64,000 bases of DNA, from positions 1-64,000 of the forward strand of contig CAWBCJ010000025.1 in the NCBI GenBank assembly GCA_963787255.1, in the 5' to 3' direction. Both the position numbers and the translations under genes were made by a program. This document shows, piece by piece, positions 12,289 through 22,975 of the stretch. A model generated the notes under the pieces. The model made no database searches, was not told the DNA's origin, and was given only the letters and a program-made list of their open reading frames with translations. The DNA is from Methanobacteriota archaeon. GTDB taxonomy: Archaea > Methanobacteriota > Methanobacteria > Methanobacteriales > Methanobacteriaceae. Numbering within the stretch: position 1 is the stretch's first letter; each line of letters begins with the position of its first letter.

Positions 12289-12663
12289 TTAAAAATTTGT
12301 GTCGCTTCTTGGTTCCTCTTTGTAACCAGGTGACCTATCGTGTGTATGGCTTACTTTTTGTGTATCTACCCATTTTCCACAAATGGGGCAATTGCCATAT
12401 CTATGATATTCTTGTACGGGGCGGGGGTGGTATTCTTGGCATTGAGCGCAATAGTATTTATTAGTCGATTTTTTGCTTGAGGAACTTTTCACTTTTTTAT
12501 CGGTTGTTGAGTTATTAACCGTTTTAGTAGTATTGTTTTAGACAGTAATGTTATCCGTGGTATTATTATGATTATTATTAACCTCTAACACGGAGTATGT
12601 CCCATAAGCTAGACCAGATACAAGAATTAGTGTAATTAATCCTAAAATAATTTTTTTGTCCAT
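12289..12663 (-). pseudogene. Exported protein with N/T-rich linker and C-terminal Cys/His zinc-ribbon; in-frame TAA at 12538-12540
   Basis: MDKKIILGLITLILVSGLAYG signal/TM segment is in frame with the CAQC...CPIC ORF. Confidence 0.6.
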
Positions 12664-12760
12664 TTTTAATCACTATTTCGTATTATTTCATTGATATCAG
12701 ACTGCAATAATACCTAACTATAAAATGATATACTTTTTCTATACTTAAATACTTTTCAAA

Positions 12761-12844
12761 TTAAATTGTCCTAGTTCTCATCTTCTTATCAACTAAAATG
12801 GATACATTCTTGCATTTACGCACTACTGCATCTGCTACTTCCAA
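12761..12844 (-). pseudogene. 27-aa stub homologous to the N-terminus of ORF 17651 (part of repeat copy B)
   Basis: ggtggt RBS, TTG start, MEVADAVVRKCKNVSILVDKKMRTRTI* vs MQVTSARVRKCKNVSILIDKKMRERRI. Confidence 0.7.
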
Positions 12845-12952
12845 TTTGACCACCAGGTATGTAGTGACTTCATGTTTTATGGTACAAGAGCATCTGAAAA
12901 GTAAAAAAGAAAATTAAATAATTATTAATAATAAAATTAATATAGTAACAAT

Positions 12953-13396
12953 ATGAACTATATAAGTGGATTTGAATTATTATTGGTTGAGGATAATCCT
13001 GCTGATGCCCGTTTAATAGTTGAAGTATTTGATGGATTTCATATAAAGAATAATATTACTTTAGTATCAGACGGTGCAGAGGCTATGGACTATTTACACA
13101 AAAAAGGAAGTTATAAAGATAGAAAATGTCCATCACTTATATTATTAGACTTAAATTTACCAAGAATGGATGGTAGAGAGGTACTACAAGAAGTTAAAAA
13201 TAATGAAAAGTTAAGAAGAGTCCCAGTTATTGTTTTAACTACTTCCAGCCATGAAGAAGATGTTATGGTTTCTTATGGTAATGGTGCAAGTGCATATCTT
13301 ACTAAGCCTGCTGATTTTGAAGATTTTGTTGAGCTTGTAAAAACATTTGAAGATTTTTGGTTCAAATGGGCTACATTGCCTAAATGCATGGACTAA
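12953..13396 (+). CDS. Single-domain response regulator (Rcp1-like)
   Basis: LLVEDNPAD, LILLDLNLP, VLTTS, KP, C-terminal FW. Confidence 0.9.
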   Translation: MNYISGFELLLVEDNPADARLIVEVFDGFHIKNNITLVSDGAEAMDYLHKKGSYKDRKCPSLILLDLNLPRMDGREVLQEVKNNEKLRRVPVIVLTTSSHEEDVMVSYGNGASAYLTKPADFEDFVELVKTFEDFWFKWATLPKCMD

Positions 13397-13562
13397 TCTT
13401 GTATTTTTTGGATTTTTTAACATTTTTAGGTAAGCGTTAAACATAAAACCCCCTCAAAGTATTAATGAAAGGAAATGGGTCATGATTTACTCTCAATGTA
13501 TGAAAATCAAATCATAAAATATAATTATAATTAAATTATAAAAACCATAAGGTGTTTTATAA

Positions 13563-16500
13563 TTGGACAGAACCAACAAAAAAAGCATAAAAGACCTTGA
13601 AAGTCAATCAGGGGATGAATTCCGGGAAATATTTAATCAATCACCTATAGGTATCCTTCTATATGATAAAGATGGAATTACAGTCAATGCTAATAATTCC
13701 GCGCTTAAAATGGTGGGAATTCCAAAGTTAGAGGGTATATTAGGGCATAGTTTGTTTGATAATCCCCGTATTGAGGAAAGGAAAGAGGAATTAATAGATA
13801 AGGGTATTATCCGGTTTCAGGCTCCTTTAAATTTAGAGAAAATTAGAGATTTTGGTTTATATATCAATAAAAAGGGAATTTTGTTTTTAGATTATACTGT
13901 TTCTGTTACTGATTCTGGCTATTTAGTTCAAATTCAAGATATTACTAAGCAAAAGGGAGCTGAAGATAAGTATCGTGCGTTATTTGAACAAAGTAATGAT
14001 GCTATTCTTATTGCAGATTTGAAGACAATGAAATATGTAGACTGTAATAAGAAAGCAAAAGAACTAACTGGATACTCAAGAGAGGAATTATTATCAAAAA
14101 AGGTTGGTGAATCAACTCATCCAGTAATTAGAGATAAAATAATGGGTTTATTTTGTAAAAAATTAAAAACTGGAGATACTGAAACCTTTGAAAATGAAAT
14201 AATAACTAAAGATGGAATAAAATATATAGAATCTACAGTTAGTATTATTGAAATTGAAGGTAAAAAACATGCCCAAATTGCTTTCAAGGATATAACAAGG
14301 AAAAAAGATGCTGAAAAGGCTTTAATAAATAGTGAAGAAAAGTATCGAAGTATTGTTGAAACAGCTAATGAAGGCATCATGATAGCTGATACATCGGGTA
14401 TTATAACATATGTTAATACTAAAATGGCGGAAATGTTGGGCTATGCAGTAGAAGAATTGATAGGGAAAGAAGGTATATCTCTTATTGAGCCAACGGAACT
14501 TGAAAAAGCGCAGGCCAAAGTTAAAAAGCGGAGAATGGGAATAAAAGAAGAATATGAAATTAAATTCCACCGTAAAGATGGTGGAATCTTGTGGACACAT
14601 GTTAATGGCACACCTCTTTACGACCAAAATGGTGAACATATAGGCAACTTGGCAATGTATACAGATATTACCGAGCGTAAAAAAGCTGAAGAAGCTTTAA
14701 GAGATACTAATGATCGGTTAGAATTGGCGCAGAAGGTTTCAAATGTCGGTACATTCGAGTGGAACATTCAAACCGGGGTAAACACATGGACACCAGAATT
14801 AGAAGCTATGTATGGACTCAAAGAAGGTGAATTTCCCGGGATACAGGAAGCATGGGAAGAATTAGTTCACCCTGAAGACATGCCTGAAGCTGTGCACCGT
14901 GTTGATATTGCATTAGAAACTGGAGAGCCAGTGGAAGGTGAATGGCGAGTTATATGGCCTGATGGCAGCGTGCATTGGTTATTCGGCCGTTGGCAGGTCT
15001 TCAAAGACAATGATGGGAAGCCTCTGAAGATGATTGGTGTCAATGTTGACATTACTGAACGTAAAAAAGCTGAAGAAGAATTAGAGAAAAGCAAGGAAAA
15101 ATATCACACTTTATTTAATTCTATTGATGAAGGTTTTTGCATTGTTGAAGTGATTTTTGATGCTAATAATAAGCCTATTGACTACTGCTTTTTGGAGATG
15201 AATCCAGCTTTCGAAAGGCAAACTGGATTGCATGAAGCTGAAGGTAAACTGATGCGTGAACTTGCTCCGAGTCATGAGGAATATTGGTTTGAAATTTACG
15301 GTAAAATTGCATTAACGGGCAAACCAATGCGCTTTGAAAACAGGGCAAAAGCATTGAACAGGTTTTATGAGGTTTATGCCTTTAAAATTGGCGGTCCTGA
15401 AAGCAGGAAAGTTGCCATTCTATTTAATGATATTAATGAACGTAAAAAAGCTGAAGAGCATATTAAAAACTTGTTAGAAGAAACACAACAATTAAATGAA
15501 AAATTAGAAGTATCCAACGAAGAGCTCAGACATCAGGGAGATGAATTATTACAGGCTAATCAGGTCCTGCGGCAAAGTCGGGAGGACATGGATCGTGCCC
15601 AGGAGGTCGGGCAAATCGGCAGTTGGCGGCTGGATGTTCGTCGTAACATCCTGACATGGTCTGACGAGAACTATCGAATTTTTGGTGTGCCTAATGGAAC
15701 ACCGATGACCTACGAAAAGTTCTTGGGGATCGTTCACCTTGATGACCGCCAGTATGTCGACACCCAATGGATGGCTGGCCTTGCTGGCGAGCTCTATGAC
15801 ATCGAACACCGCATTGTTGTTGGCGATCGGGTAAAGTGGGTGCGAGAGAAGGCTTACCTTGAATTTGACGATGAGAGCATGGTGCTGGGGGGCTTTGGGA
15901 TCACCCAAGACATTACAGACCGTAAAAATGCCGAAAAGGTGCAAAAACAGCTTGCCCAACAACGTCAACTTGCCCTGAACGCGGCACACATGGGATGGTG
16001 GCATTACGATCCATTGACTGAGATTGCTACGTACGATGAGGGGTATAAAAAAATATTTGGAGTTTCTGGTAGTAGGCGTCCAAATAAAGAAATTCTAAAG
16101 CGATTGCATCCAGATGACTTACCAAATGTCTGGGCAAAGGTAGAAGCAGCACTTGACCCGGAAGATCCGAAACCATACTTGGCAAAATACCGCATCTTCC
16201 GTGATAAAGGAGAAGTGCGATGGATTGAATCTCACGGTATAACCACTTTCGAGGGCGAAGGCGATGCTCGACGAGCGACAAGCCTTGTTGGTACAGTGGA
16301 AGATATCACTGAGCGCATGAATGCTGAAAAAGCTTTAAAAGAAGCTCATGATAATCTTGAACAAAAGGTTGAAGAGCGTACTTGTGAGATTGAAGAAGCT
16401 TATCAGCTTGTGAAGGAGAATGAATTTAAGCTTAAAGATGCCATAAAAGAGTTGGAACGTTCTAATAAGGAGTTGCAGAGTTTTGCTTATATTACCAGTC

Positions 16501-17137
16501 ATGACTTACAGGAACCTTTGCGTACTATGGGTAGTTATGCGGGTCTTTTAAAACATCGTTATGGAGGCCAATTGGATAGTGATGCTGATGAGTTCCTTGA
16601 CTATCATGGTTAGTGGAGCAGTTAGATTGCAGGATATGATTAAAGGATTGTTGGAGTATTCTCGTGTTGGAACACGGGGTGGAGTGTTTAAAGATTTTAA
16701 TGCAGGGGAGGCTTTAGATACTGCTTTAACTAATTTGAAATCTCCAATTGAAGAATGCCACGTTGAAGTATTATATGATTCTCTTCCGGTGATTCATGCT
16801 GATGAAAGCCAGATTACCCGAGTATTCCAAAATTTAATAGGAAATGCATTAAAATTCCGTAAGAAAGGTGTTCAGCCTAAGATTCATATTAAAGCACAAA
16901 AAGAAGGCCATGAATATATTTTCAGTGTACAGGATAATGGTATTGGAATAGAACCACAATATACTGACAGAATCTTTGAAGTATTCAAGCGTTTACACGC
17001 CATTGGAGAATATGAAGGAACAGGAATTGGATTAGCCATTGTTAAAAGAATTATTGAACGGCATCATGGAAGAGTTTGGGTTGAATCAGAATATGGGTGT
17101 TTTTTCTACTTTTTATTTCACAATACCCATGGCTTAA
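13563..17137 (+). CDS. Large multi-PAS (~7 modules) histidine kinase (frameshifts ~16600, ~17100)
   Basis: Repeated PAS/PAC ending [10 protein letters not shown]; [10 protein letters not shown]; FQNLIGNA; DNGIG; GTGIGL. Confidence 0.9.
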
Positions 17138-17253
17138 AAGGGAATTAAATATTTTTTTTTTGAATACTTTTCTTCTGCTCTCTTGCACAAGCGCTACCTA
17201 TATGTAGTTTCAATATAATGGATTGACATCACATATAGGGAGGTCCAAATTGT

Positions 17254-17640
17254 ATGAGATTAAGTGTAATAAAATACCAGAATGATGAAACAGTCTTCTA
17301 TAATCCTGGAGTATTCCAAAAAAGTGAAGATTTAATCATCTTCCCCTTCAAAGAATTTGATAAATTCTATAATGAAACTTTCCAAAGTTTAAATGTTGTT
17401 AAACATATAATAGAGGATTCTCTAAATCCAAGCTCAACCTCCAACCCCACAATGGATTTAGAACACATAGAAGACTGGATAAAACTCATACAAGAAGACA
17501 TGGACCTCCTTATTAAATTTGATGTGCAAACACGTTTAAGCTCATTCAATAACAGAATTCCTAAGAAAAAGAAAGCTCCAAGGAAAGCCACTGAAATATC
17601 TGTAGAGAAAGAAGAAATACAATGCTTGATAGGGCTATGA
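17254..17640 (+). CDS. Hypothetical protein, distant paralog of 17651
   Basis: gggaggt RBS; FQKSEDLIIFPFKEFDKF aligns with FGKDEHVKIILKDDFEKL. Confidence 0.65.
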   Translation: MRLSVIKYQNDETVFYNPGVFQKSEDLIIFPFKEFDKFYNETFQSLNVVKHIIEDSLNPSSTSNPTMDLEHIEDWIKLIQEDMDLLIKFDVQTRLSSFNNRIPKKKKAPRKATEISVEKEEIQCLIGL

Positions 17641-17650
17641 AGGATTAATT

Positions 17651-17995
17651 ATGCAAGTCACCAGTGCAAGGGTACGTAAATGCAAAAATGTATCCATTTT
17701 AATTGATAAGAAGATGCGGGAACGCAGAATAGAACATGACAAGTACATTATAATGCTAGATGACAACACTCCCTTTGGAAAGGATGAACACGTTAAAATA
17801 ATTCTTAAAGATGACTTTGAAAAACTAGGGTCCATCTTGAAAACATTAAAACTTGAAAGAAAACAACTTCAAGACCAGGTTAAGGAGCTGCAGGTAAGAC
17901 TTGAAGTACAGGGCGAATATATTGAAAAATTAGAATCTGGAAAAGTGAAAGGCTCTGAAAGTAAAAATAGATTTCTAAAAAGTTGGAAAATTTAG
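17651..17995 (+). CDS. Hypothetical protein, basic beta-rich N-terminus plus coiled coil (possibly AbrB-like)
   Basis: 114-aa ORF; its N-terminus recurs as degenerate stubs elsewhere in the window. Confidence 0.7.
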   Translation: MQVTSARVRKCKNVSILIDKKMRERRIEHDKYIIMLDDNTPFGKDEHVKIILKDDFEKLGSILKTLKLERKQLQDQVKELQVRLEVQGEYIEKLESGKVKGSESKNRFLKSWKI

Positions 17996-18140
17996 AATTA
18001 CACTATTTTGAAGAAAATTAAAGTGATTTCTAAATAATTAAAATTTATTATATTATAATAAGCCTAAAAAAATTTACAGTATAAAGGATTATATTTCATT
18101 AATCAGATTAAAGCTGCAGAGATTAGTATTATTTGGGAAT

Positions 18141-18407
18141 TTATATTATTTTAGGTTTATTTAGTAATTCCTTTTTAAATTTTGAATAATCCCTTTTAAA
18201 AGCTTCATCACTAATTGCATTGTATTTAGTTAAAAGCACTATAATTAGTTCTCCAGGCTTACTTAATATCCTATCTACAAATGCAGGATAACCATATTCC
18301 TTCAATTTTTCATCAATAGAATCTAAATCCTCTATGGGATTATTCCTATCTCGAAATAGCTTTTTAGTAGTTACTGCTCCCATCAGTTCAATCACTTTTA
18401 CCACCAT
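18141..18407 (-). CDS. Hypothetical protein
   Basis: 88-aa ORF with plausible composition. Confidence 0.5.
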   Translation of the reverse strand: MVVKVIELMGAVTTKKLFRDRNNPIEDLDSIDEKLKEYGYPAFVDRILSKPGELIIVLLTKYNAISDEAFKRDYSKFKKELLNKPKII

Positions 18408-18619
18408 CTTAATAATATTGGTATTATCTCATTTAAAAATATCATTTTTAAAATTTTTTTTGAACAAAAATCTTTTGGTTATGAGCGTTTTTTTCATTAA
18501 TTTTTTTTGGGATTGGTGTAAAAAAATTAATATTATTCAAATTTTTTTTTAAGTATTTATAGTGATATGAACAATTATAACACAAGAATTGTTATTATAA
18601 CATAAATGATTGTCATATT

Positions 18620-19044
18620 ATGGGAAACGGAACGCATACTATAAATATCCTGTTAATGGAAGATAAATCAACTGTGAGTGTTGTTGATTTCTTTAAAAAC
18701 GAAAATAATGTTAGGTACATCTTTTTGATAATTTAGATGATATTTTAGATGGTTTAAATCTTTGTAGTGACCGTTCTAGGGGTTGTATGCATTTTATTCT
18801 TTTTTTTAATTTGAAACAAGTTAAAGAAGATGTTAAACAGTTTATTTTTATGGTTAAGAAGGATCCGGTGCTGGGATCTACTCCGCTTTTTATTTTATCT
18901 GAATCCATAGCTGATAGAGATGTTATGGATTTGTATAGGGGTCATATTACTAATTATATCTTGAAACCGGAAGATTTGGATGATTTGAATCGTGTTTTGG
19001 ATTCTTTTAAGACTTTTTGGTTTGATTTGGCTGAATTACCTTAA
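18620..19044 (+). CDS. Pseudo-receiver, close duplicate of 11340-11762 (frameshift ~18715)
   Basis: MGNGTHTINILLMEDKSTVSVVD then HFILFFNLKQVKEDVKQF; long stretches of DNA identity with the 11340 gene. Confidence 0.75.
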
Positions 19045-19169
19045 TTATATTGTTACACTTTTTTTGTATTAATTATTTGTTAATTATTCATAAATATGAT
19101 TAAATAATATTAAATCCAAAAATAATATCATTCAAGCATTATTTTTCAAAGAAAATGGCGATATATAAA

Positions 19170-19625
19170 ATGGATACAATTCAAAGCATAATCAAACAGA
19201 ATATATTACTGGTAGAAGATAACCCCTCAGACGTACGACTAATAAAAGAGGCATTTAAAAAATATGAAATAAAAAGTAACTTATATTCTGTTAATGATGG
19301 TGTTGAAGCCCTAAAATTCCTAAACCAAACAGGACAATACAATGAAGTCCCTTGTCCAGATTTAATACTTCTTGATTTAGGTTTACCGCGTAAAGACGGT
19401 TTTGAAGTATTAAAAGAAATAAAAAATGATGAAAAACTAAAAATCACACCCATAATAGCTATAACCGTTTCAACTGACCCTGAAGCAATTTTTAAAGCTT
19501 ATCATCATCAAGCTAACTGTGTAATCATAAAACCGTTAGATATTGATAAATTCAATAATTACATTAAAATTATTAATGATTTCTGGCTTAACACAGCCCA
19601 ATTACCAGTTAAAAATCGATTATAA
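19170..19625 (+). CDS. Single-domain response regulator (Rcp1-like)
   Basis: ILLVEDNPSD, LILLDLGLP, KP, FW. Confidence 0.9.
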   Translation: MDTIQSIIKQNILLVEDNPSDVRLIKEAFKKYEIKSNLYSVNDGVEALKFLNQTGQYNEVPCPDLILLDLGLPRKDGFEVLKEIKNDEKLKITPIIAITVSTDPEAIFKAYHHQANCVIIKPLDIDKFNNYIKIINDFWLNTAQLPVKNRL

Positions 19626-19779
19626 CCCTCATTTTTTTTTATATGGGATAAAAGAAAGTATAATTTTTTACATTAAATATCACATGAAATATAATATTAT
19701 TTTTTTTGCACTGATTTTTTTTATATAAATCCAAACAATATAGCCGGAATACTATTCTTAACCTAAAAAAGTTATTTAT

Positions 19780-20193
19780 TCATGATGGTAGTGTGACCAT
19801 GGTCCAAAATTCTTCAATAGACTTAACCACTTCTAAGAAATGGTCAAAATCAATAGGCTTAACAATATAACAATTAGCATGCATATCATAAGCCCTCTTA
19901 ACCTCACCAGCCTCATCTGAAGTGCCCAAAATAATTACAGGAATCTTCTTCAAATCATCATCTTCCTTAATTAACTCTAAGATATGCATTCCCCCAACTT
20001 TGGGTAAATTCAAATCCAAAACAATAATATCAGGCAAAGAAACACCCGTATATGCTCCTTTTTGGTATAAGTAATCCAATGCTAGGGCACCATCACTAAC
20101 ATGCTCAATTTTAATATAAGATTTGGAATCTTTAAAGAAATCTTTGAAAAGGCGTGCATCACCGGGATTATCCTCAACCAACAAAACCTTCAT
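19780..20193 (-). CDS. Single-domain response regulator (Rcp1-like)
   Basis: VLLVEDNPGD, IIVLDLNLP, YIVKP, FW; directly downstream of a kinase. Confidence 0.9.
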   Translation of the reverse strand: MKVLLVEDNPGDARLFKDFFKDSKSYIKIEHVSDGALALDYLYQKGAYTGVSLPDIIVLDLNLPKVGGMHILELIKEDDDLKKIPVIILGTSDEAGEVKRAYDMHANCYIVKPIDFDHFLEVVKSIEEFWTMVTLPS

Positions 20194-20199
20194 GGTTTT

Positions 20200-22885
20200 T
20201 TACTCCTCTCCGTTCATCACGCCAATTGGAATTGTGAAATAAAAAGTAGAACCCACACCCAACGAGGACTCCACCCAAACACGACCACCATGACGATCAA
20301 TAATCCTTTTAACGATGGCTAATCCTATTCCTGTTCCTTCATATTCTCCAATGGGGTGTAATCGTTTGAATACTTCAAATATTTTGTGAGTGTATTGTTT
20401 TTCCATTCCTATCCCATTATCCTTAACTGAAAAAACCCATTCACGTTTTTCTTTATCTGTACCCGCAGAAATATGAATTCTTGGAGGTTCATCATGCCTT
20501 TTTAAACTTAATTGCATTACCAATCAAGTTCTGGAAGACCCTAACCATCTGATCAGGATCCGCAATAACATTTGGAAGATTATCATGCGTAATTTCAGCA
20601 CTAGACTCATTAATTGCATATTGCAAGTTAGAAACAGCCTTTTCAACCTTAGCATTCATATCTGTTTTAACAAACTCTATTCCCGCTCTATTAACACGTG
20701 AATAATCCAATAAACCCTGAATCATACCCTTCATCCGGGTTGCGCCACTAACCATGAAATCAATGAACTCATCAGCATCACTATCCAACTGGCCACCATA
20801 ACGCCTTTGTATAAGCTGAGCATAACTAGCAACACTCCTCAAAGGCTCCTGTAGGTCATGGCTGGTAATATGAGCAAAACTCTCTAACTCCTCGTTGGAA
20901 CGTTCTAATTCAGTTATAGCTTCTTCAAGTTCCCTTGTACGCTCCTTAACTTTAATTTCTAAATTATCATGTGCTTGTCTTAGTTCTTCTTCAGCTTTTT
21001 TACGTTCAGTAATATCGAAAAGCTGCACTACAAAGCCATTAAATTCTCCTTTTTCATCTTTTATGGGTTTTGAAGTGAATGATACCCACCATACATCTCC
21101 ATTTTTCTTCACTGACTTGAATTCTAAACTTTTAGGGCCTTCTCCTGTAGCAAATGCATTATCAAATAACTTTTGAAGTCTGGAAGTTTCATCTGAATGA
21201 ACAATCCAAATATTTTCTTGTATTTCTTCTGGAGTATAACCCGTCATTTCCGTAGCATTAGGGCTAAAATACTGAATTTTACCTTCTGCATTTAAAATGA
21301 CAAGTAAACTGGGAGAAGTATCCACAACACTCCTGAACCATTGTTCACTCTTTCTTAAGGCTTCTTCAGCTTTTTTACGCTCGGTAATATCACGATTAGT
21401 TTCAATAACAATCATTTTACCCGCGGTATCTTGAATTAACTGCATGTGGCTTTCAACAATGATCTTCTTGCCCTCTTTGGTTGTATGAACCAATTCACCA
21501 GTCCATATCCTATCATTAGCCAATTTCTCCTTGAATTCACTAAATTCCAATGGAAAATTAGTTTTAAGCAAATCATAACCGTTTAAACCAATAGCTTCCT
21601 TACTGCCATATTTATATAGTCTTTCAGCACCCTGATTCCATGATAATATTCCGTCTTCGTAATCCCATGAAAAAATAGCTTCATATGATACATCTAATAA
21701 AGCAGCCCGTTTCTTTAACTCTTCTTCTAATTTTTTACGTTCAGTAATGTCATTTGAGGTGCCAATTACTCCAATTACATTTCCATCATGATCACGAAGT
21801 GGAACTTTATTGGTGTCAAACCATGCTACATGCCCATCTACCTGGCGCAATGTCTCAATAATATTAAGTTGGGGTATTCCACTTTCTATAACTTGAAGAT
21901 CGTCAGCACGGTACAATTCTGCCTCATTTTTCCATGGCAACTCCTGATCAAAGTCACTCTTACCTATTATCTCTGATGGTTCAGCAAGTCCTGCTCCTCT
22001 TGAAAAGTTCTTGTTACATCCTAAATATACTGAATTGAGGTCCTTCCAAAATACGACCCCTGGAAAGTTTTCCAGGACATTTTCCAACATCTGTTGGGAG
22101 CTCTTCAACGCATCTTCAGTTTTTTTACGCTCGGTAATATCACGATTACTTGCTCTTCGCCCCATAAACCTTCCATCATCATCATAAACTGGCTGGCAAA
22201 TGTGTTCAATCCAATGAATATTCTTATCACGACTTATAATACGAAATTGAATTGATTCAGCGTTAGAATTTGAAAAATGTACATTTCTATGTTTTTTATA
22301 TGATTCCAAGTCATCAGGATATATAATATTAAATATTAAGTTAGAATTTTCCATGAATTCTTTTTTACTGTAACCTGTTATTCTTTTACAGCTTGGAGAA
22401 ACATATTTTAGTTTACCTTTATTATCGCGCCATTCTTCCCAGTCATAAGTAAAATCAGCTACAAGATGATAATTTTTTTCCGCTGCTATTAGTTTTTCAT
22501 CAGCTTTTTTTTGCTCGGTTATATCAACTCTAATCACTGCAAAATAATTATCGGGTATATCAAAACCTGAAAAAATGAAATACTTATCCGTAGGCGGATA
22601 ATATAGTTCTAATCGTTTAAATTTGCCTGTAGTTAGAAATTCATTAATCGATTGAAAAACAGGGTTTAAATAATCTGGACTAAATAATTCTGTAGCATTC
22701 TTACCAATAGCATCCTCAGGATTTAGATCCATAGCTTCAACAGTAGTTGGGTTCATATATTCAAGTTCAGCATCAATAGCTTCACCTATATCATTAAAAA
22801 TAAGTTTATAAACTGATACTCCTTCCAGCATATTGTCAAATGCCTTAAACTGATTTTCAATTATAGTTTTATCAGTTTTTTTCAT
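20200..22885 (-). CDS. Multi-PAS (5 modules) histidine kinase (frameshift ~20495)
   Basis: DITE-ending PAS modules; [10 protein letters not shown]; HATPase end lies in ORF 20200-20523. Confidence 0.9.
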
Positions 22886-22975
22886 TATTATCTCCGATGA
22901 GAATTTAATAATAATGTATGGTAAATAATTTAATTAATTAAAATAAATAAATTTCTATTTAATTTTTATTAGATT

